From the NCBI GenBank assembly GCA_951406725.2, contig OX597817.1:6448001-6512000 (forward strand): a stretch of DNA of 64,000 bases, written 5' to 3'. Below the pieces are notes generated by a model. The model searched no databases. It saw only the letters and a list, made by a program, of their open reading frames with translations, and was not told where the DNA came from. The translations under genes were made by a program, and so were the position numbers. Positions within the stretch are counted from its first letter, which is position 1. Every line of letters starts with the position of its first letter. Source of the stretch: Octopus vulgaris (Eukaryota). Below are positions 1 through 12,749 of the stretch, piece after piece.

Positions 1-1063
1 TTTTCCCCGTATTTCGATCGCAAGAAAATTCCCTTCCTTTCTCAGACACAGGTCGTTTTAAAAAAAAAGAAAAAAAAACGAAATTACTCGTAATAAACAC
101 GTGAAGAAGTGCGTTTCCTGGTCAGTGCTGTTATGTTTAGGTCCTTGTAAATGCCATTTCGGCAAAAGAGTTCAATACCTGACGCATAAAGGGTTGAGGT
201 GAACCGTCCATCTATATCTTCCAAGATGTTTACAATTCAATGCCTGAAGCAAGTCCAAACGATAAAAAAAATTCTGTGTGTGTGAGCGCGTGCGTATGTT
301 TGTGTGTTTGTGTGTATGTGTGACTGTGTATATGTGTATATGTCCATGCGCGTGTGTTTGTGAAACTTACAGTGCGTAAGTTTATACAAAAATATATTGG
401 TAAAAGTAAAATAAAGAAAAGACGTGAGAGAACTATGGAAAGAGCAGACGAAAGTTCGTTCGGATATGAGAGAAAGAGGTTGGTGAGAAAGTAAACGATA
501 ATAGAATCATTCTTCATGATAGAAATATTGATGTATGGGGAAAAAATGACAAACGGGAACTAGTTTTTGGCTTCGTTACTAGTGAGTTTCCCTGACAACA
601 GCAACGTCATTTATACGTCATAACTACGTAATAAGGAGAGACGAAAGCCACCTCATAGTCACAGACAATTTAACGATTTTATTACACCCATTAAAATATG
701 GTAGCAGGCAGTGATGGATGTAAGTATGGGAGCGGGGATGAAAGTAATGTAGAACCGACGCAGAGGATCAATATTTGCTGATGCCAATTCGTACTATACC
801 ATCAACATTCTTTTAATATTTCAAATGTACACCACATGGGATTTTTCTCACACACTGTACTAAAACCAATGTAAAGTATGATTTCTCTTATGAAATTTCG
901 ACATCCACGTCTGTAGAAGTTCCTGATATTGGAAATAATCATAGTAGTAGTAATGATGAGATTGATAGCATAAGTGATGATGAGTGGAGAAGGAAAGGGG
1001 GCGGATAAAAGACGTTATATACATCAGTAAAATTAAAAGAAATAGGATTGCCATCACAGCCAA

Positions 1064-1525
1064 GCAGCGAGCTGACAGTATTTTTAGCCCGCCGGGTTAC
1101 AAGCTTAGTTGTATTCCGTCGGTATTTACGTTCTTGGGGAGAGCTGGCAGAAACGTTAGCACGTCGGGCGAAATGCTTAGCGGTATTTCGTCTGCCGTAA
1201 CATTCTGAGTTCAAATTCCACCGAGGTCGACTTTACCTTTCATCCTCTCGGGGTCGATAAATTAAGTACCAGTTACGCACTGGGGTCGATGTAATCGACT
1301 TAATACCTATGTCTGTCCTTGTTTGTCCCTTCTACGTTTAGCCCCTTGTGGGTAATAAAGAAATAGGTATTTACGTTCTTGGTTCAAATTTCAGCGAGTG
1401 AAGTTTGCCTCATATAAATTCGGGATCTATAAGATAAGCAACAGTTATGTACTGAGGTCGGCATGTTTGACTTAGCCCATGTTTCAAACCCGTTGACCCT
1501 GTGCCAAACTTTGAAATCATTATTG
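1064..1525 (+). mobile_element. Older tRNA-derived SINE (family A), split by a younger family-A insertion
   Basis: Degenerate head gcgagctgacag at ~1067. The element resumes after the insert with ggttcaaatttc (B-box-like) at 1381 and ends in gtgccaaactttgaaatcattatt at ~1524. Confidence 0.7.
1138..1365 (+). mobile_element. tRNA-derived SINE family A, full length, with TSD
   Basis: Head gagctggcagaaacgttagc...gagttcaaattcc and central ctttcatcctctcggggtcgataaattaagtaccag. Flanked by direct repeat ggtatttacgttcttgg at 1121-1137 and 1366-1382. Very similar to the copy at 20454. Confidence 0.9.
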
Positions 1526-1549
1526 TTTTGTTTTCCATTTTACTCATGT

Positions 1550-3012
1550 TTTATTGAAACCTGAATCTTGCATACGTAGCCGGCTTGCTACCTGCAGCCT
1601 ATGGTACCCAACTACCTGTTCTTTTCAAATACCTGACACTCTCCTGATGAATCTGGCCATGCCAAGGAGGCACGGATTTTGCAACACTTCTACAGAGCAC
1701 TCTTCCCACATCCTTTATATTCCCCTCTCATCACCACAACGGCACATTTTGAAAGTCATATCTACATCTTATTATCATTTGAAAAAGTCCACTCAGAGCA
1801 GATTAGACTCACCAATTCTGCCTTACATTTTGGGAAATTATTGAAACTTTCTTTTGCATTTCCCAGATCCTACCCCATATTTGTCTTCCGCAGTATTTTA
1901 GTGAAGTGAATCATTCGCAGCACTAAGAGCAGTGGGTATGCGCCGCCCCGCTGGAAGATCCTTGTCCTAATTTTCATTTCTCCTAACATCTGATTCCCAG
2001 CTGTCAATTCTGTTTTCCAACGTTTCATATCGTACCATATAAGCCGCCTCGTGTTTTTTGGTAATCCATACGTTTCCATATCTCTTGTTACTCACGAGTG
2101 TGTTATCATATGTGCTTTACCATGATCAATCCATGTCATGTTCACATATGTGTGCTTTCTCTTGCAGCTTCTGATAATTCGTACGTCAATTAATAGCTGA
2201 TCTTTCGTTCCTTGGCTATTCTTTCAACACCCTTTTCTGTTCAGTGTGTAACAGCTCACATTTTTCTAAATATCCATGCATTACCCAGGTCAAAACACTA
2301 GACAATAGTTTCCACTTTGGCAGAAGACACGGGCTCTTCCAAGTTGAAATTTAGACACATTATTACGCTTCTTAAAATAACAATATCTTCCTCTTATCTA
2401 ACATCTGAGTTCTCAGCCTTCTTGCAAATATCTATCTAACACTTCTGCTATCATTTCATGGAGCCCTCCTCACCCAGCTTCATCCAATAACGTGAAACAC
2501 AATCCGGCCCCGGTCTCTTCCAATTTGAAATTCTACTTATTTGTTCCCATGCAAAGCATTCTTTTAGTCTTTTCTCTGGTTTTTAACTTCGTTTTGGCTT
2601 TTTGGTTACCTTATACCTTGCTGTGACTCTAGTGGCTCTTAATGGACTTTCTTCACTGATACCTACATATGAGCCTATATCTACTCTAGCTAAACCCACG
2701 CAGCCTTCTACTGATATTGACTCTCTTTCAACTCCCTTTCTAGGTAAGTATAATCTTGCTACCCCTGCTCCTCCATCCATATTGATTTCCTTCCCTGTTC
2801 TTCTGTCAAGCCTTGCTAGTTCGGTTTTCGTCCCATTTTCAAAAACTACTGAGTATCTACGTAATGATATCGCCGTAATGCTTACTGCCTTCACTAGATT
2901 CGCACTTTGACATCATTAGCTTCCTTACACTTCTCATGTAATCCTTCTCAATTTTCGTTTCCATTTCTATAGTTAGCACTTTACCAGTTTTTAATACTCA
3001 TGGTTACTTATA
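1550..3012 (-). pseudogene. Decayed, rearranged reverse transcriptase (RT) region of an R4/Dong-like non-LTR retrotransposon
   Basis: Minus-strand translation gives NWKRPGPD, SPCLLPKWKLL, WKTELTAG..GEMKIRTRIFQRGGAYPLLLVL (GIFQGDSLSPLLF-like), SKCAVVVMRG and ELARLDRRT..RLYLPRKG..ISVEGCV. Many stops and frameshifts; the xMDD motif is deleted. Confidence 0.85.
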
Positions 3013-3017
3013 ACTCT

Positions 3018-3295
3018 AGGGGTAGAAAGGGCTCCTTAGCCGTAGTGAAGGCAATCTATCTAGGGAGATGACGTTACAATAAATCACTCGGTCCGTAGCT
3101 TAGAAATACTGGGTTGACGTCCAGCGGGAACAGCTTTGTTTCATGGAGGAGGAAAGATCTCCTTTAGTACTTAGTTGTACAATGCTTTCCAATGTGTGTA
3201 GTAGTGGCGCGCGCACACATTATTAGCCATTTGAAAAGACAATGGAATTTAGTCTCGACCACGGTCGAACAATAATAATAATAATAATAATAATA
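3018..3295 (+). mobile_element. Short retroposed fragment with (AAT)n tail, family unassigned (possibly RTE-related)
   Basis: GC-richer segment ending cgaccacggtcgaac followed by (aat)n. The resemblance of its start to RTE untranslated sequence is from memory only. Confidence 0.35.
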
Positions 3296-3916
3296 TAATT
3301 CTCTCTTTCTTTAAATGACTTTAACGACTAGCCATCCCGTAATTAGACGCTTTGATTTGCGTTGGTTGTACAACTGGACAATTAAACAAAAGATTTAATG
3401 GGCACAGATTCGACGTCAGGCACAATAACAATAGTTCGAAAGAACTTGCCGAAAATTTCATTTCAAACGGCTGCAATTTTGGAAACAGACTTGAAAGTGC
3501 ATATTCTCGGAATATATTCTGAATCTACTTCATTTTCACTTCCCAATAAGCATGAGGAGAAATATGTTTGCGAGTTATTAACATCACGCCCTGGAGGAAT
3601 GAATAAAATGACAGGAGAATATCAAATTTATACAAAACTGTTTGAATAAATGTTCATCTTTTTCCTTTCCTTTTTTCTTTCCTCTTTTTTTCTGTTTTTC
3701 TTTTTTTATTTCGCCTGTTATAAAATTGAAACTTAAAACTGATGATGTCATTCCATCAGCGTGTGGACGCTGGCTGCTCTTGTTCATACTTTAAATTTAA
3801 ATTTCTATGATTTTGAATTTTCATTACTTCTTACTTTGAACTCGACAGACTTACTGTCGAAATATCGTTCAACCAATAAAATATCTATTACAATCGAATC
3901 GCGCTCTTCGTGTTGA

Positions 3917-3974
3917 CCACCACCACCACCACCACCACCACCACCACCACCACCACCACCACCACTACCACCAC

Positions 3975-4064
<90 letters not shown>

Positions 4065-4083
4065 TATCATTATTATTATTATT
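3917..4083 (+). repeat. Compound microsatellite (ACC)n-(ATC)n-(ATT)n
   Basis: Read directly from the sequence; it is the source of the poly-T/I, poly-D/G and poly-M/V ORFs. Confidence 0.98.
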
Positions 4084-4215
4084 GGAGGCGGCAAGCTGGC
4101 ACAATCGTCATTACACTGGGCAAAATGCTTTGCGATATTTCGTCCACCTTTACGTTCTGAGTTCAAATTACACCGCGATCGACTTTGCCTTTGTTTTTGT
4201 TTTCGGGGTCGATAT
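4084..4215 (+). mobile_element. SINE family A, 5' half
   Basis: ggcggcaagctggcacaatcg...ctgagttcaaatt...cgactttgcctt...ttcggggtcgata aligns with 1138-1260. Confidence 0.8.
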
Positions 4216-4975
4216 AGCTGTTTCTACTATAAGATTCTGTGAGCTGAATGCCTGAATAATATGTGTATCTAGGTATGTATGTACGTATGAATACATGCAT
4301 GTATATGTGTAAGCAATCATGCATGCATATACGTTTGTTTGCATGTCATAAATTTTTTTAAAAAGTATTTCATGTTAGGAAACATTGTTCATTTATGAAG
4401 GTAGTGCTCACAGAACTTAAGGATTAAAAAAACTTGAAATTGTATCACTATTCAGATCCATAGGAATTATTTCTTTAGATACATTTTTTAAACTGAATTC
4501 TCCTACTTTGATTTTACCCTTTTTATTCCAATTAATGTTGTATAGATGTTCTTACCTTATGTATGAACAAATGGTAAATATATGACAGTCTGCCTATCTA
4601 GCTTCGCATTCTCTGGCAACAAATATACTGACATCAGTATGAAGATAAAATATAATATTTCTAAAAACAAGAACAGGATTGTGATTTAGTGTCCTGCAAC
4701 GACGACCTGACATTTGACAGGGAAGAGAAAATTATGAAACTCACTGTTATTTTGAAAATAAGTTAAAGTTATATAAATATTTATAGGAAAAAATTATATA
4801 CAAGAATGTATAGTTTAATGAATGACTTCGTAATTGTTAGTACAATATTAAGAAGAAAGTAAGAATTGTTTAAAATGTTGTAGATTATATCTGGTAGTAC
4901 AGGTGCGTAAGATTAATTTTCCACAATTTCTAAATTGCCTTGCTATAAAAGAAGTTCAATACATGTAAAATATCA

Positions 4976-5118
4976 TGTATATATGTACATATGTATATAT
5001 GTATACATATACACATACACACACACATATATATAGATGTGTGTGTGTATATATATATATATATACCAATACACACACACACATATATATATACATATAT
5101 ATACATAAAAATATACAT

Positions 5119-5170
<52 letters not shown>

Positions 5171-5188
5171 GTATGCATGTATATATGT
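4976..5188. repeat. (TA)n/(CA)n compound microsatellite
   Basis: Read directly from the sequence. Confidence 0.95.
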
Positions 5189-5420
5189 GGGAAGGAAAGA
5201 GATCTCGGAGAAAGGATGAAAGTAGGAAAGAAAACGAAAAGGAAATAGTTATAAATGCGGTTATGTGTATTACATGTTATAAAACAGCTGAAATAAAATG
5301 TGGAATATAAGAAATTATGAACACATACATGAAATAATTTATTATTTTATAAACATAGTAAACATTGGAAAACTTTTTGAGCATATATTCTGAAACAGAA
5401 ATTACGCTGGTAAAATTGTT

Positions 5421-5648
5421 TTAACTCTTTAGTAATCAGATTACTCTGTCAAAAATAATTCTTATTTGTTCACATTATCTTTAATTAATCATGCATTATT
5501 TCATAGCTGTGAGGTTTCAACGATGCCATTGTTTATTCTTAGAATGATCGTGTAGGGTAGGAGTGAGAAGCCAAATCTGGTTGACTTGAACATAAAACAG
5601 GTAAAATATTTTGGCCGGATGCAGCCGTTTTAAATAATAAAAGGTTAA
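5421..5648. mobile_element. TTAA-flanked MITE, piggyBac-like non-autonomous element
   Basis: ttaa-ctctttagt at the left end and ataaaagg-ttaa at the right end. Degenerate terminal inverted repeats, TTAA at 5421-5424 and 5645-5648, about 220 bp, non-coding. Confidence 0.7.
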
Positions 5649-7649
5649 AGAATAGGAGTGGAGACTATGTGGTGAAAGTAGTGGATATAGAAAAAGAGGT
5701 CCCTATTTTCTCCTCCTCCCATTCTTATGGCGAGTCAACTTTGTGAAGCATACACAATGTTATTTCTTTGTAAATCTTTTATTAAAACTGTTGCGGATCG
5801 TCTTATCACAAGAGCCGCAATATCAACAATAAACGCAGTAGCAACAACAGCATCCAACGACAACAGGCGCGGCTGTCACATCAGCTGACTTGAAAGAGAT
5901 GCCAACAGCTGTAGGAAAACACGGCCACAGAAAATATAATATCCCAAACAACAACAACAGGAACAGGAACAATAGTACGAACATCAGCAACTGAATACCC
6001 CAATGAAAGAACAATTCCATGACATAGCTTTCATCTGTTTGAATAATATGTCGATTAATGCGGACAAAAAAAGGTAAAATAGAAAAGTGTCACTGTATAA
6101 AGTGGGAGAAAGAAAAACAAAAAACAAACTGCGAGGTTTGAAAGGAGTAAAAAACTATGAGGAAGATGTATACCTCCATCACTGAACGACTGCAAATTGC
6201 ATCAACATCACTATCAAAATCTGTATCCCTAACATGAAAAGAAGAAACACCAACTACACTGCCATTAGTATATACAAAACTAAATTAACAGACTGTATAT
6301 ATAAACACAAGAATTGCACAATGTCTTTCCAACACATCACAAAATATCACAAACACACAAAACTGACAGATACTGGATTACGAAATCAGTTAAGTGGATG
6401 CTGACCATGGAAAATGTCAAAAACACACGGTGCTAAGGTCGCTTAAATGTCGGGTCGGGCCTCAGTAGACACACAACTTATTATGATTGTTAATTATCAC
6501 AAGACACTCACAGAACTATCCCCAGTTGTAGGTGAGTAAGTAAATTAATGCCAATATTTGTAATAATTGGCAATGAAGAATACGTTTATAATTATCCATT
6601 ACATTCGATTCTGTCACACGTTTCGTACATTTTAGTTGTATTTTATTGGTAATTAATTTCAAAATCACTTGTAAGCCAAAAATATTCTGTGTAATTGTAA
6701 GCTATAAAATCATACAGAAAATATTTCAAGTACATCTGCGTTTTAGTTTTCACCGAACAACGTGACTATTTGAAAATATTATGTAACTGTTGGTTTCACG
6801 ATAGTTTCTTGCTGATTTCCTAGAGTCTGTAATTAAAGAAGGTTTCAGTCAGCAAGTAGTCTAGATTTTAATTTGTCGAGAGTGAGATGACGTTCAGAAC
6901 CGAGGCAAGAGATATGCATTCAGAAAAGAATATAAGCCCACGCATATACAAGCGCACGCACACAGTCTTGAACACAACCGCAAGCTCTCTCTCACGATCA
7001 CACATGCGCACACACGATAAACACACACGCACACACACGACGCACGCACACACACAAACACATACACACAACACACGATGAACACAATTTTTCTCTGGGA
7101 TAACTCCATTTAATTCTATCATTACATTTCGATAGCTATCTTACTTTTCTTAAAAATTGATTTCTTTAGCGTCACAGTGATTTATTCATTTCGATATACT
7201 TCATACGATGCATATCAAATCTACAACATTGGTTTTTTTTTCTTTTTCTTCTTTAATTTTTTTGCTTTAAAGGGACTGTACTATTTTGGGGATAATGGCT
7301 TAAATGTGTTTATAGTGTGCGGTTGCCTTCAATGATAGCAAGGCCTAGCTTGCCATTTAATGATGAAGGAACAGAATTATTTTCTGAGGCTGGTCAGTTT
7401 GATGCTTTTAAAATTCTGCTTATACTGTTACAAATCTGCTACGTCTATAAAAATATGACGAGAGAGGGAATTCCAGAGGATGAAGGTTCTGGTAGATAAC
7501 TGAATATATTGGTTAATATGGTCTTTAATCGTAGAACACAACATGTGTGATGAAGATAAGTGGAATATGGTTGAAAAGTTCCGTAACCTAAAGAGGGCAA
7601 GACCAGACTTCTCTGATGAGTTGAAACCATCGAAATCGGATTTACCAAA

Positions 7650-7920
7650 GGCACAGAAATGAAGCTACAAGTGTGCGGGTCAGATACTGGAGCATGTAGA
7701 GAAGTGGATTTACGACAAGCACTCAACAAGGCATTTTCTGGGTGTGGTCTGCCATTTAACTGTGAGTAATAGCAACACCTTTCCAGACACAGTGGCAAAT
7801 ATTGGAACAATGAAGTATTTTCTAGCATTGAAGAAGAATGCCAGTCTTTGTGATGTTGTTGTCGACATATGAAGCGGGTGCGTTTTTTGAGTTGTCCCCT
7901 TTAGCTGTGTATCTTGCTGA
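7650..7920 (-). pseudogene. Possible highly decayed Penelope-like GIY-YIG C-terminal fragment
   Basis: Frameshifted minus-strand pieces (FNARKYF, HCVWK, yS-VKWQ) resemble the PLE pattern SFxxxKY..YVWxLK..YSIKW. Weak. Confidence 0.3.
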
Positions 7921-8399
7921 GTTTGAGGTACAGTAATGTGATATATATATATATATAGACGTACATAGAGATATACGTATGCGCAAATAAAGACACATAC
8001 AAGAGAAATACAGAATGGCTGATGGTTAGTAAGGAGAGACGCACAAATAAGAAAGAAGAAAGCAAAGGACTACTGGAGTGGTCACAGGAGTGAGGAGAAA
8101 GAACTCTGACCGAAAGAAGATTAAGATTAATGTAAAAAATGAATAACGCTGAACCAAAGTAACACCAAATATATAGTGCGTGTGTTTTTATTGGCTAAAC
8201 TGGCAAAATGACCAACCATTCCTAAATACAACAATATCTGTTTCAACACACGATTTCACATCAAAAATCTTGCAAAACAAATATACAAACGTATATATAT
8301 AAGCACCGCTCACATATTTTGAAGAAGAAATTGATTGGGATGTCGCCCGAAGTCTCTGTCACACGAAGTTAGTGTTAATTTGCCATGTGGTTTCAAGGA

Positions 8400-9360
8400 T
8401 AACGCTCATCTTAGAAAAGGTAACGAAAGACTGCTATATGTTATGAACTAAATGAAAACAAGGTAAATTTGAGTATGAGGATAAGTGTTAAAAGTCGTAT
8501 TGAGCGGTTAGGCGTGAAATTTTGGCAACTCATTCACTGCCACCAGAATTGATTGATTTAGGAAAAGCTCATTGGTAATGGGGGTTACAATCTCTTTATG
8601 ATTAGGATGATATTTGATACAGTAAGAAGGGTTAAACTTCATGGAAATAGGATAACATTCAGTGTATTACTAAATAATGGGGTATATCACTGAAGTGGGA
8701 GAGAAAATGAACTTTTGGTGGGGATTATAGGTATTACTGCTGGGAGACATTGATTTAGAGCGATGGACATGAACAATTCTAATTGTTGTTTGAAGCAACC
8801 AGAAATATTTTCGCACTGGACCTTTCTATATGCAAGGCCAGGAGAAATTTGAAGTGAAAAATATAATCGTTACTGTGGGAAGTGGAAGAAATACGAAACC
8901 AGTAATTTGAAAAACAAACACTTTTCTTGAGGGACCAGGAAGGCTGCAGTGCGCACGGCGTCAAAAATGTTTGTCACTGAGAGAGGTCGCTCAGGTTTTT
9001 AGGGGTAGAGGAATTTTTCTAGACGGCTGGCCCTCGTTTTCATATGAAATGCTACAGTACTGCTACTAACGTACCAAGTGAGAAAATTTTGGGACTGAGT
9101 TTATATTTTGTGAAGATGTGGAGAAAGAATTGGTCGATGATGTTCGGTAAGCGTAGAGATAACAGATTTTAAGTAGATGTCAGTGAAAAGAGTGAAAGCC
9201 CGAGTAACTAGTAACCACTGTTACTGATATCCAGGAGAGTCAGATGAGAAACACGGAAAAGGTAGGCTTCGTCTGCGCAAGCTCCATGTCACGGAATATT
9301 TGAGCGAAATGGATATCCTGGACATTGAAGTGTTTACCAATTTTGAGTCAGTAAAGGGTT
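8400..9360 (-). pseudogene. Possible very old LINE RT remnant
   Basis: RPLSVTNIF (YRPISLT-like) on the minus strand near 8965-8990; the rest is only compositionally suggestive. Confidence 0.25.
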
Positions 9361-9610
9361 TGGTTCAAAATACCGACAGAATTAGCGGATACAAAACATT
9401 ACAAATATAATAAATATAACAACTAAAATGTAAGAACATTATATTATACATAAATACACACAAACCCATACACGTACATATACATATATATTCTGAGTAT
9501 GCAATTTTGTGCAATTGAGAATAGTGATTTATTTTTGTATCATTTTTGTGTCTTTGTTTAAAATACATAATACGTTTTTAGAAAGTATAAGATAAATCTT
9601 AACAGGATTA

Positions 9611-10003
9611 TCTTTATATATAAAAGTGAGGTTGTGTGCTGTCTGTCTCCTACGATTTAGATTCCTAATTACTCCCACATTTTGCGGTGCAGTTTAACCA
9701 AAACCGGGTATCTTATAGTCGGGATTCATATCGAGCCCTTCTTGGTATTAGCGCGCTTCTACGATGAGTCTACGATTTAAAAAAAAAAATTAACATCAAT
9801 TTTTCCCATTTTTAATGCAGTTTTGGCATATATAAGGGAAGAAACTCTCTAAAAATGTATTATTAGATCTCAGAACGTAAAAAGCTACAGTAACACCCTT
9901 TGTGGTTAGCCATATTGAGATGGTTATTATACTTTACATCTCTAAAAATGCTTATATAGTTATTTCCCTTACACACCCGAGCAACGCCGGGCGATACTGC
10001 TAG
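9611..10003 (+). mobile_element. Non-autonomous Helitron
   Basis: Starts with TC after an A (a|tctttatatataaaa). Subterminal hairpin cccgagcaacgccggg, ends CTAG before a T, no TSD. Homologous to 49927-50324. Confidence 0.92.
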
Positions 10004-11982
10004 TTTTATATATATTTGTGTATGTGCTCCTGTATGAAATTTCGTACACACATAGTGATAATGCCTATGTAAGAAGAAAAATTTAGGTATACAAGTATAT
10101 TCGCTGTTATGCCTTTTTGAAAATATATAACATACTATAAGTGAGCCATTCCCCCCCCCCCCAAAAAAAAGTTTCGAAATCAACACGTATATTCATAGAC
10201 CTTGTGAATCCGCTGTATTATTTAACCTGAATTTTGAAACCACAAACTGTGGACATTCAAGACTCAATTTAACAGCTCCCTAACACTGTGACGTTTAGTA
10301 AATTTGATATTCTCATCAAATTAAAAGTTCATGTAGTTGCAATGCGCAGTTTCAACCATGATGCAGCATCTTTAAGGCAGAGGGGACGTTGCCACCGTTG
10401 GTTGGCCAGTTAGATGCAGCAGCCAAATTCTCTAAGAAATAGTAATCCACTTTGCTTGTTTATTTATTGTTCTTTGTCTGCAGTAAAGATGAGACATGTA
10501 ACCCAGACGTAAATTAATTTAGGATATATTAAATTGTGATGATCCCGGACTATGCACCTTTGACCACATGCCCACTCAGTCAGGCAATCCCCGATCGAGT
10601 GTACCTATGTTTAACAATAACAATAGCAATGTGTAAATATGTTTCAGGGCAGCGTCGTTACTAAGTTGCTTGGATTTCAAATATGTATCTCCCAACTCTC
10701 AAAATCCGTCTATTCAAATATAGCAAATAGTAATTGTAATAGATTCGTATTCAAGAAGAATCCAAAATCTCATTTCAGAGATCCCTGGTTCATTACCTGC
10801 AAATATATATTATCACTTCTCTACTCACAAGAAACCCCTGAAGAAATATATGCATCATCTTGAATAATATCCCCAAAAATATTTGTACCCTCAATGTAAG
10901 CTTAAGGCAAATTCAGCGAGGCACGCACTGTCTAAATAGGGACGTGTTCCCCTTTAATTTTACAGGCACGATAAATCTGCCGGTCTTTCTCACATTTTAC
11001 ATCCATTGAATTTCAATGTAAGATTTAGTCCCATTTAAGAAGCTGAACTTGGAGACACTTATGAGCTCATGACTCTTAAGTGAATACCTGAAATACTTGG
11101 CGGAAATTTCGTCCACATTCTTTCCGTGTACCATCATATGTTCTACTGTGATAGCTGCTTAAGGTTGCAGCTGTTTCATAGAGACAACTATGCCTTACAC
11201 AGCGACAAGAACATATTATAATGTTATTCAAGCTGTTTGATTAGAAACTTGTGATAGCGCTATAAATGTTATATTTTAGTAGCCCATTGTATCATTTTAA
11301 TTTACGGGTTTAGATCCTTCGAGGGCTTATTTACCCCTTTTCCTGTCAAGAATTGATAAAAGCGTATTGATATTATACAGGATTAGATCCAATAAACTGT
11401 AGGTATCCTACATATCTATGATGTCTGGCTAGTTAATGCTGAACTTAACAAACAGTAAATTTCTAAACCATAAATCAGGCTGGAATGTCTCTTCAAGCTT
11501 CCAATTAACTTTTTTATGTTGGTTTATAATATAATTCTATATATAACGATATTTAGACCGATAATTGTAGAGAAAAAAAGTAAAAGAAGAAAGAATTAGT
11601 ACCGTCCTTAAAACAGGCATACTTGAGAAAGAAAATGCTGCCAAACACATACTTCACATAAAAATCAAAATCAAACTAACCAGTTTTATTTTATATCGTA
11701 ATTTTGTTGCCTGTGATGACATCAAACAAAAGTATCATACTTCAGACAAGAAATTTTTTTTTTTACCTTTTCTTGCTTCAGTTATTTTGACCACAATTGT
11801 CAAACGGATAATCAAATTATTACAGTCAGGATAAGATGATTTCTCAATTGTTGCCTTTTTCTAGTACCTCCTTCTTACAAGTTTATCCATGGGGAAATTC
11901 TTCATTTTCCTCTTCATTGATTTCTTTAATTCAGTCATATTTTCTCTTTGATGGAGTTTCTCTTGGTATTGAAGTCAATGTT

Positions 11983-11990
11983 TATCATCA

Positions 11991-12061
<71 letters not shown>

Positions 12062-12094
12062 ATAATTATTATTATTATTATTAATATTATTATC
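11983..12094. repeat. (ATC)n-(ATT)n microsatellite
   Basis: Read directly from the sequence. Confidence 0.97.
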
Positions 12095-12483
12095 AATAAA
12101 TGCTCTTCTATATTGGTATTTGTTATTGGGGGCGGTAGATAGCAAAATCACTAGAGACCCGAATTAAGTACTTTGTTGTATTTAGTTGTTTTCCTCTAAT
12201 GATGGGTTCAAATCTCGACATTTTCAGCAAAATTTCTGTATTGATTTCTTCTAACTGAGATGTACACTTGATGCAATAGTAAGTAATCATCCTCTTCGAT
12301 TTCTTTTTTTTTTCTTTGCATAGCTTTTCTTTACTTAATTAGAAATAATATACCTTTAGAGATAGATAAATTGTTATGGCTATCCGTTCACAAATATACA
12401 ATCAATAAGTTTTGCTTCAGTTTTGCTAATGCTACTCTATATTTTAGAAATAGAAAGCAAAATGCACACCCGTTTATTCTCTG

Positions 12484-12692
12484 CAGCGAGCTGACAGAAT
12501 CGTTAGTACATGGAATAAAATATTTGGTGCTATTTCGCTTGTCTTTACGTTCAAATTTTGCCGAGGTCGAATTTGCCTTTTATCCTTTCTGGATCGATGA
12601 AATAAGTAGTAGTTACGCACTGGTGTCGATGTAATCGACTGTCCCCTTTCCACAAAATTTGAGACCTTGTACCTAAAGTAGAAAGGATTATT
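12484..12692 (+). mobile_element. SINE family A, diverged, alternative 3' tail
   Basis: gcgagctgacagaatcgttag...gttcaaattttgccgaggtcga...ataagtagtagttacgcactggtgtcgatgtaatcgact...cttgtacctaaagtagaaaggatta. Confidence 0.85.
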
Positions 12693-12749
12693 TTAATTAT
12701 TTATCTTTGACTGGGGCACTTGAATCTTTTATAATGTTTATGGAGAAAT

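Noticed and set aside
817-1008. Stop-free plus-strand frame with an acidic, Ser-rich peptide
   Set aside because: No in-frame start codon, no clear splice sites, partly simple sequence.
3805-4242. Poly-D/G, poly-M/V and poly-T/I ORFs, and similar ORFs at 11.8, 19.4, 25.9, 26.8, 27.5 and 38.4 kb
   Set aside because: They arise from trinucleotide microsatellites.
7605-7650. ctgatgag...cgaaatcgga hammerhead-like core
   Set aside because: No complementary stem I and a poor stem II; at best a decayed remnant.
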